From positions 1,070,572-1,134,571 of the forward strand of contig CALSPZ010000001.1 in NCBI GenBank assembly GCA_943788365.1: DNA of 64,000 bases, written 5' to 3'. Positions 44,693 to 55,075 of the stretch are shown here, in pieces; the first letter of the stretch is position 1; every line of letters begins with the position of its first letter. The DNA is from an uncultured SAR86 cluster bacterium. GTDB taxonomy: Bacteria > Pseudomonadota > Gammaproteobacteria > Magnimaribacterales > D2472. Under the pieces are notes generated by a model. The model saw nothing but the letters and a program-made list of their open reading frames with translations. It was not told the origin of the DNA and did not search any database. The position numbers and the translations under genes are program-made.

Positions 44693-45331
44693 CTATGCTC
44701 CCCAAAGCTCTCTATAATTTCGAAGTTCTGCTAAATATTGTTCATATTCAGGACTAGTATTAACAAAAGAAATAAGTGTATCTAAATTAATTATTGAAAT
44801 AACAGATATATCGTAAGCATCCTCAAGCTGATCTCTGGCAGAGAGGCTTGAACTTCCTTTTTCCTGTCTATCTAGTCCTATAAGAAAAAATTTAGGTATT
44901 GCGCCATTTTCTTTAATAATTTCTATTGACTCTTTAGCAGCTGTTCCAGCTGACAAAACATCATCAATTATAAGAATATTACCATCTGGTTTAGAGCCAA
45001 TAATATTACCTCCTTCTCCGTGATTCTTAACTTCTTTTCTATTAAAGGAAAGAGGATATTCTGTGCCATTAATACTAAATTGCATAGCCACAATAGAACC
45101 AATGAATATTCCTTTGTAAGCTGGGCCATAGATGCTGTCAAACACTAACTCTTTTTCTTTAATGACCTCTGCATAACACCAGGCAAGCTCTGATATATTT
45201 CCACCTTTAAGCATTTTTGCAGCATTAAAAAAATATGGACTTTTCCTACCTGATTTAAGGGTGAAATTGCCAAACTCTAATGCTTCAGTTGCTAATGCAA
45301 TTTTAAGGAATTTCTTTTGGTAAGCTTTCAC
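44693..45331 (-). CDS. pyrE: Orotate phosphoribosyltransferase
   Basis: [17 protein letters not shown] and the PRPP loop [13 protein letters not shown]. Confidence 0.9.
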   Translation of the reverse strand: MKAYQKKFLKIALATEALEFGNFTLKSGRKSPYFFNAAKMLKGGNISELAWCYAEVIKEKELVFDSIYGPAYKGIFIGSIVAMQFSINGTEYPLSFNRKEVKNHGEGGNIIGSKPDGNILIIDDVLSAGTAAKESIEIIKENGAIPKFFLIGLDRQEKGSSSLSARDQLEDAYDISVISIINLDTLISFVNTSPEYEQYLAELRNYRELWGA

Positions 45332-46035
45332 TGATCCAGACTAGCTTTTTGCAAATCAATTAACTCCTCAATTGCTTTACTGCCAACTTCTATCATTTTA
45401 GATAATTGCTCTTTAGTGAAAGGATTTTCTTCGCCAGTTCCTTGGATTTCAATTAGGTTCAAATCATCAGTCATTACTAAATTAAGATCTGTCTCTGCAG
45501 AGCTATCTTCAATATAATCAAGATCTAGTATCACTTCGTCATTAAGAACACCGAGAGACACTGCTGCTACAAAAGATTTAATAGCTCTATTATCATTATG
45601 ATGATTTTTAAGTGCTAGAAATAGAGCAATACATCCACCTGTAATTGAAGCAGTTCTTGTACCGCCATCAGCCTGGATTACATCACAATCAATATTAATA
45701 GTTTTTCCTTTAATATATTTTAGGTTAACTGCTTGTCTTAAAGATCTTCCAATCAACCTTTGAATTTCTTGAGTTCTACCACTCTGCTTCCCTCTGGCAG
45801 CTTCTCTTCCCATTCTTTCATTTGTAGATCTTGGAAGCATGCCATATTCTGCTGTTATCCAACCTTCTTCACTATTTCTCATCCATCTAGGGACTTTATT
45901 TTCAATAGTTGCTGTGCATATAACTTTTGTATTTCCAAAGGAAATAAGAACAGAGCCTTCAGCATGGATATTTATATTAGTTTCTATTTTTATTTCACGA
46001 AGTTGATTTGACTCTCTTTTGCTATGTCTGGTCAT
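45328..46035 (-). CDS. rph: Ribonuclease PH
   Basis: R...[41 protein letters not shown]. The rph-pyrE order is conserved. Confidence 0.95.
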   Translation of the reverse strand: MTRHSKRESNQLREIKIETNINIHAEGSVLISFGNTKVICTATIENKVPRWMRNSEEGWITAEYGMLPRSTNERMGREAARGKQSGRTQEIQRLIGRSLRQAVNLKYIKGKTINIDCDVIQADGGTRTASITGGCIALFLALKNHHNDNRAIKSFVAAVSLGVLNDEVILDLDYIEDSSAETDLNLVMTDDLNLIEIQGTGEENPFTKEQLSKMIEVGSKAIEELIDLQKASLDQ

Positions 46036-46048
46036 ATTATTTTATGTT

Positions 46049-46492
46049 TTAACTTAATTGATCTTTAACAACTTTGCTTACAATACCCATATCAGCTGAG
46101 CCTGATAAGGAATTTTTTAATAACCCCATAACTTTTCCTATATCTTGCATTGAAGATGCATTAGATGTGGAGATAGCCTCACGAACTCTTAAAATGATTT
46201 GATCTTCACTAAGCTGAGCAGGTTTATATTTATTTAAAACATCTACTTCGGAAAGCTCCTTCGCAACAAGGTCATCTCTTCCACCTTTTGTAAATTGCTC
46301 AATAGAATCATTCCTTTGCTTAATCATTTTATTGATAATTTGAAGAACTTTAGCATCATCTGCCACTTCTTTAGAGTCTATTTCAAATTTTTGAACTTCG
46401 GCAAGAAACATTCTAATGGTATCTCTAACCAAAATGTTTTTATCAAGCATGGCTTGCTTGAGATCGGACTTGATATCTGAAAGTAAAGACAA
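46049..46492 (-). CDS. GatB/YqeY-domain protein
   Basis: 147 aa. It has the LKQAMLDKN...LRMFLAEVQK pattern of the YqeY family and sits downstream of rpsU as usual. Confidence 0.85.
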   Translation of the reverse strand: MSLLSDIKSDLKQAMLDKNILVRDTIRMFLAEVQKFEIDSKEVADDAKVLQIINKMIKQRNDSIEQFTKGGRDDLVAKELSEVDVLNKYKPAQLSEDQIILRVREAISTSNASSMQDIGKVMGLLKNSLSGSADMGIVSKVVKDQLS

Positions 46493-46494
46493 GA

Positions 46495-46710
46495 TTATCT
46501 AAATCTTGATCTAGAAAATGAAAACTTTCTATTAGACTTTCTTGCTCTTTTTACAGCAGCAGCCATTAGACGTTTTCTTTTTTCAGTTGGTTTCTCATAA
46601 AATTCTCTAGCTCTTATCTCAGGAACAATAGCTGCTTTTTCACAAGCGCGTTTAAATTTTCTTAAACCAATATCAAAGTGTTCTGTTTCTTTTATAATAA
46701 TTGAAGGCAT
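46495..46710 (-). CDS. rpsU: 30S ribosomal protein S21
   Basis: [47 protein letters not shown]. Confidence 0.95.
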   Translation of the reverse strand: MPSIIIKETEHFDIGLRKFKRACEKAAIVPEIRAREFYEKPTEKRKRLMAAAVKRARKSNRKFSFSRSRFR

Positions 46711-46760
46711 AATAAGTTCGCTAGTTTAGGCTTTAATTAGATAATTTGCAAAACATTTTT

Positions 46761-47765
46761 ATGAAAACTTTAGGTATTGAAACATCATGCGACGAAACAG
46801 CTATAGCTGTTTATGATTCTGTGGAAGGGATTGTAGGAGAATCTGTTTTCAGTCAGATAAAAATGCATGCTGAATATGGTGGAGTAGTTCCAGAGCTTGC
46901 CTCAAGAGATCACTGTAAAAAAATAATTCAGGTTTTTGAAGAAGCCACAAAAGGTATAGACCTTAACTCAATTGACCAAATAGCTTACACAGCTGGCCCT
47001 GGGCTATTAGGAGCATTATTAATTGGTGAAAGTTTTGCTAAGGGCTTAGCATTTTCAATGGGAGTCCCTTTAATACCAGTAAATCACCTTGAGGGGCATT
47101 TAGTCTCGCCAAGCATGGAGTTTAAAGATATTAAACCTCCATACATATGTTTATTAGTAAGTGGTGGTCATAGCATGATCGTTGATGTTAAAAGCATCGG
47201 CGCATATGAGATATTAGGTCAATCAGTTGATGATGCGATTGGAGAAGCTTTTGATAAAGTAGGCAAATTATTGAATTTACCTTACCCAGGAGGTCCACAT
47301 ATTGAAAAAATAGCTCAAAACGGTAACTCAGAAACTTATAAGTTTCCAAGGCCTATGATCCATAGTGATAATTTAAATTTAAGTTTTAGCGGTTTAAAAA
47401 CATCTGTTCTATACAAAGTTAAAGAAATTGGAGAGCTTAGCGAGCAAAACAAAGCTGATATCGCGGCTTCTTTTCAGCAAGCTGCTATCGATGTTCTGAA
47501 TAAAAAAATAATAAAAACAATTAAACAAACTGGAAGAGAGAATATAATAATAGCGGGAGGAGTGGCAGCAAATAAGAGGCTAAGATCATCTATGAAACAG
47601 CTCGAGACCTCAATGGGAATAAATGTTTACTATCCAGATCTAAAGTATTGTGGAGACAATGGAGCAATGATTTCTTTTTTAGGTTCAATAAGGTCTAGTT
47701 ATAAAGAAACTGTCTCTAGATCTCACGTACGATCAAGATGGCCATTAACGGAATTATCAAAATGA
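46761..47765 (+). CDS. tsaD: tRNA N6-adenosine threonylcarbamoyltransferase
   Basis: Start trimmed to MKTLGIETSCDETA. Contains HMEGH-like NHLEGHL and GGVAAN. It is divergent from rpsU as in E. coli. Confidence 0.95.
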   Translation: MKTLGIETSCDETAIAVYDSVEGIVGESVFSQIKMHAEYGGVVPELASRDHCKKIIQVFEEATKGIDLNSIDQIAYTAGPGLLGALLIGESFAKGLAFSMGVPLIPVNHLEGHLVSPSMEFKDIKPPYICLLVSGGHSMIVDVKSIGAYEILGQSVDDAIGEAFDKVGKLLNLPYPGGPHIEKIAQNGNSETYKFPRPMIHSDNLNLSFSGLKTSVLYKVKEIGELSEQNKADIAASFQQAAIDVLNKKIIKTIKQTGRENIIIAGGVAANKRLRSSMKQLETSMGINVYYPDLKYCGDNGAMISFLGSIRSSYKETVSRSHVRSRWPLTELSK

Positions 47766-48109
47766 AAGATATTATTTATATAAAAGATTTAAGAGTAAAA
47801 ACTATCATTGGAATATTTGATTGGGAAAGAAAAACAAAGCAAGAGGTTAGTATTGATATGGAATTTCCATTTGATTGCAAAAAAGCAGCTGCATCTGATT
47901 CAATTGATGACGCTTTAGATTATAAAGTAATCACAAAAGCAGTAATTAAGTTTGTTGAAGAGTCCTCTTTTCAGCTTCAAGAAACTCTAGCAGAGGGAAT
48001 AGCTGCATTAATAAAAGAGAACTTTGATGTTGAGTCATTAAAACTAAGGATTTCCAAGCCAGGAGCTCTAAGAGGGGCTAAAGATGTTGGACTCGTAATT
48101 CATAGATAA
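47762..48109 (+). CDS. folB: Dihydroneopterin aldolase
   Basis: Start trimmed to MKDIIYIKDL (overlaps the tsaD stop). Contains IIGIFDWERKTKQEV...DYKVITKAV. Confidence 0.85.
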   Translation: MKDIIYIKDLRVKTIIGIFDWERKTKQEVSIDMEFPFDCKKAAASDSIDDALDYKVITKAVIKFVEESSFQLQETLAEGIAALIKENFDVESLKLRISKPGALRGAKDVGLVIHR

Positions 48110-48483
48110 TGAAATACTTTCTTTCAATAGGTAGCAATGTTAACCCAAAAGAAAATATCGATTTTGCTTTAGATGAGCTAAAGCTTATTCTTGATTCAAC
48201 AATTTCATCATCAATTCACCAGACCCCTTCAGTGGGCTTCAAGGGAGATGATTTCCTTAATCTAGTTATCAGCGGTGAATCTGAAAGCAGTTTCGATGAG
48301 CTTAATAAAAGACTAAAAGATATTGAAGACAGGTCAGGACGGGATAGAAATAAACCAAAGTTTAGCTCCAGATGTTTAGATATTGATATTGTTTTACAGC
48401 TAGATGGAGATCAAATTGTATTTGAGAGCGAGGAGGTTTCTAAATATTCTTTTGTTTCCTTGCCTTTAAAAGAGATTATTTAA
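48109..48483 (+). CDS. folK: 2-amino-4-hydroxy-6-hydroxymethyldihydropteridine pyrophosphokinase (short, 124 aa)
   Basis: YFLSIGSNVNPKENI...RCLDIDIVL aligns with the HPPK core (IGSN..., R.LDLDIL). The C-terminus is about 25-35 aa shorter than E. coli FolK. Confidence 0.8.
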   Translation: MKYFLSIGSNVNPKENIDFALDELKLILDSTISSSIHQTPSVGFKGDDFLNLVISGESESSFDELNKRLKDIEDRSGRDRNKPKFSSRCLDIDIVLQLDGDQIVFESEEVSKYSFVSLPLKEII

Positions 48484-49537
48484 AATTCTTTTCAACAATC
48501 GACCAAGCACCTTCTGACAATGGATAGACTTTCATACCTCTGTCCTCGGCATGTTTACTAGCAGCAGTTCCATCTCTTACTCTCCCTAATATTCCCTGAC
48601 AAATGGCCGCAACTTTAAATATATTAAAGGCCATATAAAATTCCCAGTTCGAAGATAAGTCTTTTCCAGTTGCTTCAGAGTACATATCACGATACTCCAT
48701 TTCATTAGGTATCCCTAATTCCTTTAACTTTGGATAATCATAGTACATGGGCTCTGTTCTCCACGTTAAACAATGATAGCTAAAATCAGCCACAGGATGC
48801 CCAAGAGTAGATAGCTCCCAGTCCAATACACCGATTACATTATTATTTTTGTATATCATATTGTCCAGTCTAAAATCTCCATGAACTATAGAAGTCTCAT
48901 CATCATTTGGAATATTCTCTGGCAACCATTTAATAAGATTATTCATCGCATCAATATTATCTGTTTCTGATGCTTTGTATTGGCGGGACCATCTTGCAAT
49001 CTGTCTTGCAACATAATTCCCAGGTTTCCCATATTCACCTAGGCCAACTTTTTTATAATCAACGCTATGTAACGCTGCAAGCGTTTTATTTTTATTAGAA
49101 TAAATTTTCATCCTATCTTCCTTATTTAAAGAGGGAAGCATTGGGTTCCAATAAATATCTCCATCAAGAAAATCCATAACAAAAAAAGCAGTTCCTGCAA
49201 TGCTTGCATCTTCACACAGGCCATATGTTTTAGGGACAGGCACATCTGTTTCATATAATGCAGAAATAACCTTATATTCCCTATCAACAGCATGAGCTGA
49301 TGGGAGCAGCTTTCCTGGAGGCTTTCTTCTTAAAACCAAATCTTTATTATCAGTAATTATTTTATACGTTGGATTTGATTGACCACCTTTGAATTGTTCG
49401 ATAGTTTTGATTCTTCCAGCCCCATCAACATGCGCATCTATCCATGGCTGAAGTTTTTCTGAACTAATTTTTAAATTTTCTGCTACTTTTTTTGTACCAG
49501 AAAAAATCTCATCATAATTTTCTATATCATGTGTCAT
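48476..49537 (-). CDS. APH-fold phosphotransferase (ACAD10/11-type kinase domain family)
   Basis: Kinase-fold Brenner/catalytic motif HGDFRLDNMIY and DWELSTLGHP. 353 aa. Confidence 0.75.
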   Translation of the reverse strand: MTHDIENYDEIFSGTKKVAENLKISSEKLQPWIDAHVDGAGRIKTIEQFKGGQSNPTYKIITDNKDLVLRRKPPGKLLPSAHAVDREYKVISALYETDVPVPKTYGLCEDASIAGTAFFVMDFLDGDIYWNPMLPSLNKEDRMKIYSNKNKTLAALHSVDYKKVGLGEYGKPGNYVARQIARWSRQYKASETDNIDAMNNLIKWLPENIPNDDETSIVHGDFRLDNMIYKNNNVIGVLDWELSTLGHPVADFSYHCLTWRTEPMYYDYPKLKELGIPNEMEYRDMYSEATGKDLSSNWEFYMAFNIFKVAAICQGILGRVRDGTAASKHAEDRGMKVYPLSEGAWSIVEKNFK

Positions 49538-50262
49538 AACAATGATCTTCCTCCATCAACTTTAATAGTTTGCCCCGTAATATATTTAGCATTAACAAGG
49601 AACTTGACAGTATTTGCTATATCTTTTTCTGATCCCATTCGTTTAAGCGGGATATTTTTTATAACACTAGCTTTTTTTTCATCACTCCATGTTACATCAG
49701 GTGGTTCCAGCATAGCCCCTGGAGCTACAGCATTGACATTTATATTTGGAGCAAGTTCTCTTGCCAAGCCCTTTGTAATTGATTGTAATCCCCCTTTCGC
49801 AGCTGTGTATACAGAGAAATCTGCAACACCTTTAGTTAAATTTGTATCAGTTATATTAATAATACTGCCATTTACACTGGCTATCATTTCATGAAGGCCT
49901 TTGATCAAAAAAAGCGGCCCTTTTAAATTAGAACCAATAAGTTTATCCCAGTCATCAGTTGATGCATTTTTGATTGGAGTGGGATAAAAAGCTGATGCAT
50001 TATTAACCAAAACATCGATCCTACTAAAAAAGGATTTACTAGCATGAATTAATCTTTCTACATCTTCTTGAATATCTAAATTTGCTTGTATGATTTTGGC
50101 AGAATTTGGATTGGCACTATTTAAAATGCTTTGCAAATCTTCAGCATCCTTTTTTGAAGAATTATAGTGAATAATAATATTCCAGCCCATATCAGAAAAA
50201 GTTAAGGCAATTTCTTTACCTATTCTTTTGGCGGCACCTGTTATTAAAATTGTTTTACTCAT
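49534..50262 (-). CDS. Short-chain dehydrogenase, pteridine reductase / FolM-like
   Basis: Start trimmed to MSKTILITGAAKRIGKEIAL; the GAAKRIG motif is typical of PTR1/FolM. It has YxxxK (YTAAK) and lies in a neighbourhood with folB-folK. Confidence 0.65.
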   Translation of the reverse strand: MSKTILITGAAKRIGKEIALTFSDMGWNIIIHYNSSKKDAEDLQSILNSANPNSAKIIQANLDIQEDVERLIHASKSFFSRIDVLVNNASAFYPTPIKNASTDDWDKLIGSNLKGPLFLIKGLHEMIASVNGSIINITDTNLTKGVADFSVYTAAKGGLQSITKGLARELAPNINVNAVAPGAMLEPPDVTWSDEKKASVIKNIPLKRMGSEKDIANTVKFLVNAKYITGQTIKVDGGRSLL

Positions 50263-51277
50263 AAAATCTCGAAAGAATTTCATTGTACATACTATCTTTG
50301 TTATCTTGTATTTTTCTAGGTTCGATATCTTTCAGACTTGTGAAGTCTATTTCGTGAACAGCCTCTAAAATCTCCTCAATAAAACTTTTAAACTCAGTTA
50401 AACATTTAAGGACTAGCAAGTTATTTATTAATTTAGTATTTCTTGAGACATTTAGTTCTTGAATAATTGTATTTAATTTATCCATTTTTATATTTTTATT
50501 AATCTTTATAAGTAATTTCAAAAGATCGCTGGCTTGGTTAAAATTTTTAGGAATTGGTAGACAGCCATTTAAAAGAAACCCATTATTAAATTGTAGCTCC
50601 GCCCATTTTATATCAGGGAATATCGAAGAGTTACAATCTGCAATCGTTAGATTAGGCATAAAAAATTTGCTTATATTTAAACTAATTATTTTCTCAAAGA
50701 AAGCTGTCGAATTTTTAGATATCAATGATTTATTTATTTCAGACCAAAATCTATCAGGAGAAAGTTTCTCAATCTCTCCAGAATCTACAATTTTTTTTAC
50801 TATTTCTTTGGTATCACTAGAGATATTAAAGTTTTGTAAATGTTCGTAAGAGTGAAACCTTGCAAGACGGACTGCTCTTAGGGGGTCTTCCTCGAAAGCA
50901 GAAGACACATGTCTAAAAATTTTTTTATCAATATCGTCTCTTCCGTTAAACGGATCAATAATATTTCCTTGACTGTCTTGAGCTATAGCATTTATTGTCA
51001 AATCTCTTCGAGATAAATCTTCTTCTAACGTAACCTCTTTTCCAAAGAAAAAATTAAAACCTTTATATCCATACCCGGTTTTTTTTTCTGTTCTGGCTAA
51101 GGCATATTCTTCATTCGTTTTTGGATGCAGGAATACAGGAAAATCTTTACCAATTGGTCTATAGCCGTTATCTATCATTTCTTCTGGAGAACTTCCAACT
51201 ACAACCCAGTCACTATCCTTGGGCTTCTCTCCCAGAAGCGAATCTCTTATTGCACCACCTACTTTATATATTTTCAT
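50255..51277 (-). CDS. cca: tRNA nucleotidyltransferase (CCA-adding), no recognisable HD domain
   Basis: MKIYKVGGAIRDSLLG...DSDWVVVG...RRDLTINA...EDPLRAVRLARF is close to the E. coli Cca head/neck. The C-terminal ~125 aa lack the H...HD...D phosphohydrolase motifs. Confidence 0.85.
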   Translation of the reverse strand: MKIYKVGGAIRDSLLGEKPKDSDWVVVGSSPEEMIDNGYRPIGKDFPVFLHPKTNEEYALARTEKKTGYGYKGFNFFFGKEVTLEEDLSRRDLTINAIAQDSQGNIIDPFNGRDDIDKKIFRHVSSAFEEDPLRAVRLARFHSYEHLQNFNISSDTKEIVKKIVDSGEIEKLSPDRFWSEINKSLISKNSTAFFEKIISLNISKFFMPNLTIADCNSSIFPDIKWAELQFNNGFLLNGCLPIPKNFNQASDLLKLLIKINKNIKMDKLNTIIQELNVSRNTKLINNLLVLKCLTEFKSFIEEILEAVHEIDFTSLKDIEPRKIQDNKDSMYNEILSRFYE

Positions 51278-52079
51278 TATTCTTAACTGAATATAATTTT
51301 TTATTTTCTAGCTTTATAGCAGTCAACTCGCCACCCCATACACAACCAGTATCCAGACCAATTATCCTACTTAAATCGGTCGTACCTCTAAGAGCTGCCC
51401 AGTGCCCAAATAGAATATATTCATCACTCTTCATATTTTTTATTGTTAGATCAAACCATTTTATTAGACTATCTGACGCTTTCAAATCTTTAGTCTTCAA
51501 TTCCAATGATCCATCTGTATTGAGAAAGCGCATGCGAGTAAAATAATTAATAATTAATCTGGATCGTTCATGCCCCTGCAAATTATTATTCCATAAGTTT
51601 GGAAGATCACCCCACATATTGCTTAGAATATTTTTAGGATTCTTGTTTAGCTCTTTTAAGATCTCATCAGAGTATTTTTTCGCCTCGTCAAATGTCCATT
51701 GAGGAGGTATTCCAGCATGCATTATATAAAAAGTTTCTTTTCTATCTTTTAAGTAAATAGATCTCATCAAAGGACATGACTTTAACCATGAATAAATAGC
51801 ATTTAATTGAGGACTTTCTAAAATCTCTTGTAAACAATCATCATTTCCTTTGCTTTCTATAAGATGCATTAAATATAAGTCATGATTTCCCAAAACTGCA
51901 CTCACACTTCCTGGATTTGATACGCAGAAGTCTAATACCCTTAGAGAATCTTTCCCTCTATTTACTAAATCACCTGCAAAGATAATTTGATCATTGTCAT
52001 GACTAAAATTAATTCTAGTTAGTAATTCATCTAGCTGGTTAAAACATCCCTGAACATCGCCTATAACAAAATGCGACAT
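51264..52079 (-). CDS. apaH: Bis(5'-nucleosyl)-tetraphosphatase, symmetrical
   Basis: HFVIGDVQGC...GDLVNRG...GNHD, the calcineurin-like metallophosphatase motifs. The position after rsmA is conserved. Confidence 0.9.
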   Translation of the reverse strand: MSHFVIGDVQGCFNQLDELLTRINFSHDNDQIIFAGDLVNRGKDSLRVLDFCVSNPGSVSAVLGNHDLYLMHLIESKGNDDCLQEILESPQLNAIYSWLKSCPLMRSIYLKDRKETFYIMHAGIPPQWTFDEAKKYSDEILKELNKNPKNILSNMWGDLPNLWNNNLQGHERSRLIINYFTRMRFLNTDGSLELKTKDLKASDSLIKWFDLTIKNMKSDEYILFGHWAALRGTTDLSRIIGLDTGCVWGGELTAIKLENKKLYSVKNNENI

Positions 52080-52080
52080 T

Positions 52081-52851
52081 CTATTTTTCTAGACTCAAGG
52101 ATATATCAATAAAGTCTTTGATCTTTAAATCTTCTGCTCTTGCAGAGGGGTCTACCTCAAGTAGAGACCAATCAATATTTAGTTTTTTTAAATTATTTTT
52201 TATGTTTTTGCGCCTTGTAGCAAATGATAGATCAATAATTTTAAATAGATTGTTTTTCTCCTTAGGCAATATGAAATTATCTACCACTGGGGTAAGTCTA
52301 ATAAAACTAGAATTTACTTTTGGCCTGATATCAAAGGATTCAGGAGGAACATCAAATAATTTTTGGGCGTTAAAAAATAAACCAATTTTAATAGATAATT
52401 TACCCCAATTTTTACTTGAAGCGGAGCCGCAAATTTTTTCCGCAACTTCCTTTTGTACAAGAAAATGCATATCTTTAATATGTTGATTGAATTCTAGCAA
52501 TCTAATAATAATTTGTGTTGAAATATTGTAAGGCAGGTTTCCAATAACTCTGTACTGACCCGCACTAAGGAAACCTAGGTCAGCTTTCATAATATCATCA
52601 CATATCAAATTAACACTTTCGATCCTTTGTAAATTTTTTTGCAAGTAATCAATATTCTTTGGATCAATATCCATTGCTATTATTTCAACATCATCTTTAT
52701 TAATAACCCTTGTTAAAGCACCCATTCCAGGACCAATTTCAAAGATATTTTCATTTCTGGATGCATTTATGGCTTCACCCATTTCAAATAAAATAGCTGG
52801 GTCTTTTAAATAGTTTTGACCAAACTGTCGTCTTCTATTTCTATCAATCAT
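52081..52851 (-). CDS. rsmA: 16S rRNA (adenine1518/1519-N6)-dimethyltransferase
   Basis: FGQNYLKDPAIL, the SAM motif EIGPGMGALT, and NLPYNIST. Confidence 0.9.
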   Translation of the reverse strand: MIDRNRRRQFGQNYLKDPAILFEMGEAINASRNENIFEIGPGMGALTRVINKDDVEIIAMDIDPKNIDYLQKNLQRIESVNLICDDIMKADLGFLSAGQYRVIGNLPYNISTQIIIRLLEFNQHIKDMHFLVQKEVAEKICGSASSKNWGKLSIKIGLFFNAQKLFDVPPESFDIRPKVNSSFIRLTPVVDNFILPKEKNNLFKIIDLSFATRRKNIKNNLKKLNIDWSLLEVDPSARAEDLKIKDFIDISLSLEK

Positions 52852-53831
52852 TAAATTAATCGTTGAGCAGTTTTAAATGCTTCTATTAGTGATGAAGGGT
52901 CAGAATTCCCAGTTCCTGCCACATCTAAAGCAACTCCATGATCCACTGATGTTCTTATAATTGGAATACCTAAAGTGATATTTATAGACTTTCCAAAACT
53001 TAATGCTTTTAATACTGGCAAGGCCTGATCATGATACATGGCGAGATATGCATCGGTTTCATTGAGAGTTTTTTTTGTAAATGCAGTGTCTGCTGATATT
53101 GGATCAGATATATTGATGCCTTTTGCTCTGAGTTTTCTAGCTAATGGATATAAAATCTCCTTTTCTTCTATTCCAATTTTCCCTCCCTCTCCGGCATGAG
53201 GATTTAAACCAAGCAGCTTTATTTTAGGCTTAGAGATACCAAACTTGGTCTTTAGCTCTTGATCTAAAATTTCTATTTTAGTTTGAAGCATCTTTCCATT
53301 GATTGACGATGCAACTTCTTTCAAGGGAATATGGGTCGTAGCTAGGGCAACTTTAATTTTTCCTGATGCAAGAAGCATTAAAACATCACTACTAAAGGTT
53401 AAATCCTGAATTCTTTCAGTATGCCCAGTAAAACTTTCCTCTATTTTAATAATATTTTCTTTGCTAAGGGGCCCGGTTACAAGCGCTGTATTTTTATCAT
53501 TAAAGGCAAGCTCAATACCATAATCAAGATTCTTCAAAGTATAGGATGCATTGGATTTATAAAGCTTTCCTGGTGTAAAATTTTTGCATTTACTTAAAGT
53601 AATAATTTTTATTTGTGCATGCTTATTTCTAGAATAAATCTCATTTTCAGAAACTTTTACAATATCAATCTTTCTATTTAAGAGTTTTGCTCTACTTTGG
53701 AGCAGCAAAGGGTCTGCAAGCACAATTACAGGAAACTTAATTTTTTCCCAAAAATCAGAAGTTGCTAGTTGTATTATTAGATCAATTCCAATTCCAGAAG
53801 GCTCCCCAGGAGAATATACTAATCTTTTCAA
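52851..53831 (-). CDS. pdxA: 4-hydroxythreonine-4-phosphate dehydrogenase
   Basis: GEPSGIGIDL, TGHTE, GLNPHAGEGG, IIRTSVDHGVALD. Confidence 0.9.
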   Translation of the reverse strand: MKRLVYSPGEPSGIGIDLIIQLATSDFWEKIKFPVIVLADPLLLQSRAKLLNRKIDIVKVSENEIYSRNKHAQIKIITLSKCKNFTPGKLYKSNASYTLKNLDYGIELAFNDKNTALVTGPLSKENIIKIEESFTGHTERIQDLTFSSDVLMLLASGKIKVALATTHIPLKEVASSINGKMLQTKIEILDQELKTKFGISKPKIKLLGLNPHAGEGGKIGIEEKEILYPLARKLRAKGINISDPISADTAFTKKTLNETDAYLAMYHDQALPVLKALSFGKSINITLGIPIIRTSVDHGVALDVAGTGNSDPSSLIEAFKTAQRLI

Positions 53832-55069
53832 TCTAAATCTTTTATTTCAACAAAAGCCTCTGCTCTCATAGTTCTTAGGGTATTTTCAAGCTCTTCGTCA
53901 TACTTTCTTGAATAAAGAATGTTGAAGGCTCTATTTTCAATAGCTTCATTGGTCATGTCTTTATTCCTTTGATCCATAAGCTCCAAGAAATGGAATCCAA
54001 ACTCAGTTTGGAAAACATCCGATATAACCCCTTTCTCGATAGTTGTAAAAGTTGCTTCAAACTCTGCTGCTGTTATTCCTTTTCCCATCCAATCCAGCTC
54101 ACCACCTTTTTGAGCAGACCCTGGATCCTCAGAAAACTCTTTGGCAAGTAATTTGAAATCCTCTCCATTTATAACTCTATTTCTTATATCAATTAATTCG
54201 AGCTCTGAAGCTTCCTCATCTCTAATTTCTGATGGCATCAAAAGGATATGTCTAACTAGCCACTGATCCTCGTATTGAACAAATTCACCTCTCTTTTCTT
54301 CTACTTTTAAAATATGAAAACCAGCTCCGCTCTCCAGCGGCGACGATATATAACCAACATCAATACCTTCTAGACCTTCAGCAAAGAGAGAGGGCATATC
54401 TGACTTTTTACGCCACTTCATTAAACCACCCTCAGAAGCATTTGAACTAATAGATAGCTGTTTGGCTAAATCTTCAAAGCTCTGATCAGCATTTATTCTT
54501 TCTAACACCTTTTCTGCATCAGTTAATGTTTTTACCAATATCTGCCTTACTAGTAGCTCAGGCTCAAGTTGCTTTAGAGATTCATCTGTTGCTAGGAATG
54601 CTTCAAATTCTTTATCAGTAATATTAATAGAAGATCCAACACGACCTCTTTGAACTCTCTGAACAGTCATTTCTTTCTTTATATTATCTCTTAGTCTTTG
54701 ATAAGACTCTCCTTCGCTATCTAGATATAAAATAAATTCTTCTAATGACATTCCGTTATTTGATGCAATACGAGCAACAGTAGTATTTAGTTCAGCATCA
54801 CTAATTCTTACACCTGCCCGTTCAGCCATTTGAAGTTGAAGCTCTTCAACTATTAATTTTTCTATGGTTTGTTCTCTAAGCACACTAATTGCTGGCTTAG
54901 GTATATTTTGAGCATCGTACCTTTTAATGATTTCTTCTAAAGCCAAATCGATCTGAGATTCCATTAGAATCCCATCATCAACAATTACAGCTATCCTATC
55001 CAACGTTTCAATTTTTGAAATTGAAGGCATGGAGATTAAAGCTGTGAAGAGGAATATTATTTTTTTCAT
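53828..55069 (-). CDS. surA: Periplasmic chaperone / PPIase SurA
   Basis: Signal peptide, SurA N-domain (LDRIAVIVDDGILMESQID) and parvulin domains (HILL..., GGELDWMG, FGFHFLE). Confidence 0.9.
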   Translation of the reverse strand: MKKIIFLFTALISMPSISKIETLDRIAVIVDDGILMESQIDLALEEIIKRYDAQNIPKPAISVLREQTIEKLIVEELQLQMAERAGVRISDAELNTTVARIASNNGMSLEEFILYLDSEGESYQRLRDNIKKEMTVQRVQRGRVGSSINITDKEFEAFLATDESLKQLEPELLVRQILVKTLTDAEKVLERINADQSFEDLAKQLSISSNASEGGLMKWRKKSDMPSLFAEGLEGIDVGYISSPLESGAGFHILKVEEKRGEFVQYEDQWLVRHILLMPSEIRDEEASELELIDIRNRVINGEDFKLLAKEFSEDPGSAQKGGELDWMGKGITAAEFEATFTTIEKGVISDVFQTEFGFHFLELMDQRNKDMTNEAIENRAFNILYSRKYDEELENTLRTMRAEAFVEIKDLD

Positions 55070-55075
55070 AGTAGA

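Noticed and set aside
1224-50283. N-terminal extensions in the ORF track for several genes: starts at 1224, 3077, 4025, 30851, 35911, 38038, 43174, 46746, 47738, 50283 and 19254.
   Set aside because: The internal ATGs have proper SD sequences. They also give canonical N-termini (signal peptides, MTGYK of GSII, MKTLGIETSCDET of TsaD and others) or remove overlaps with upstream genes. The extensions add non-conserved, odd sequence.
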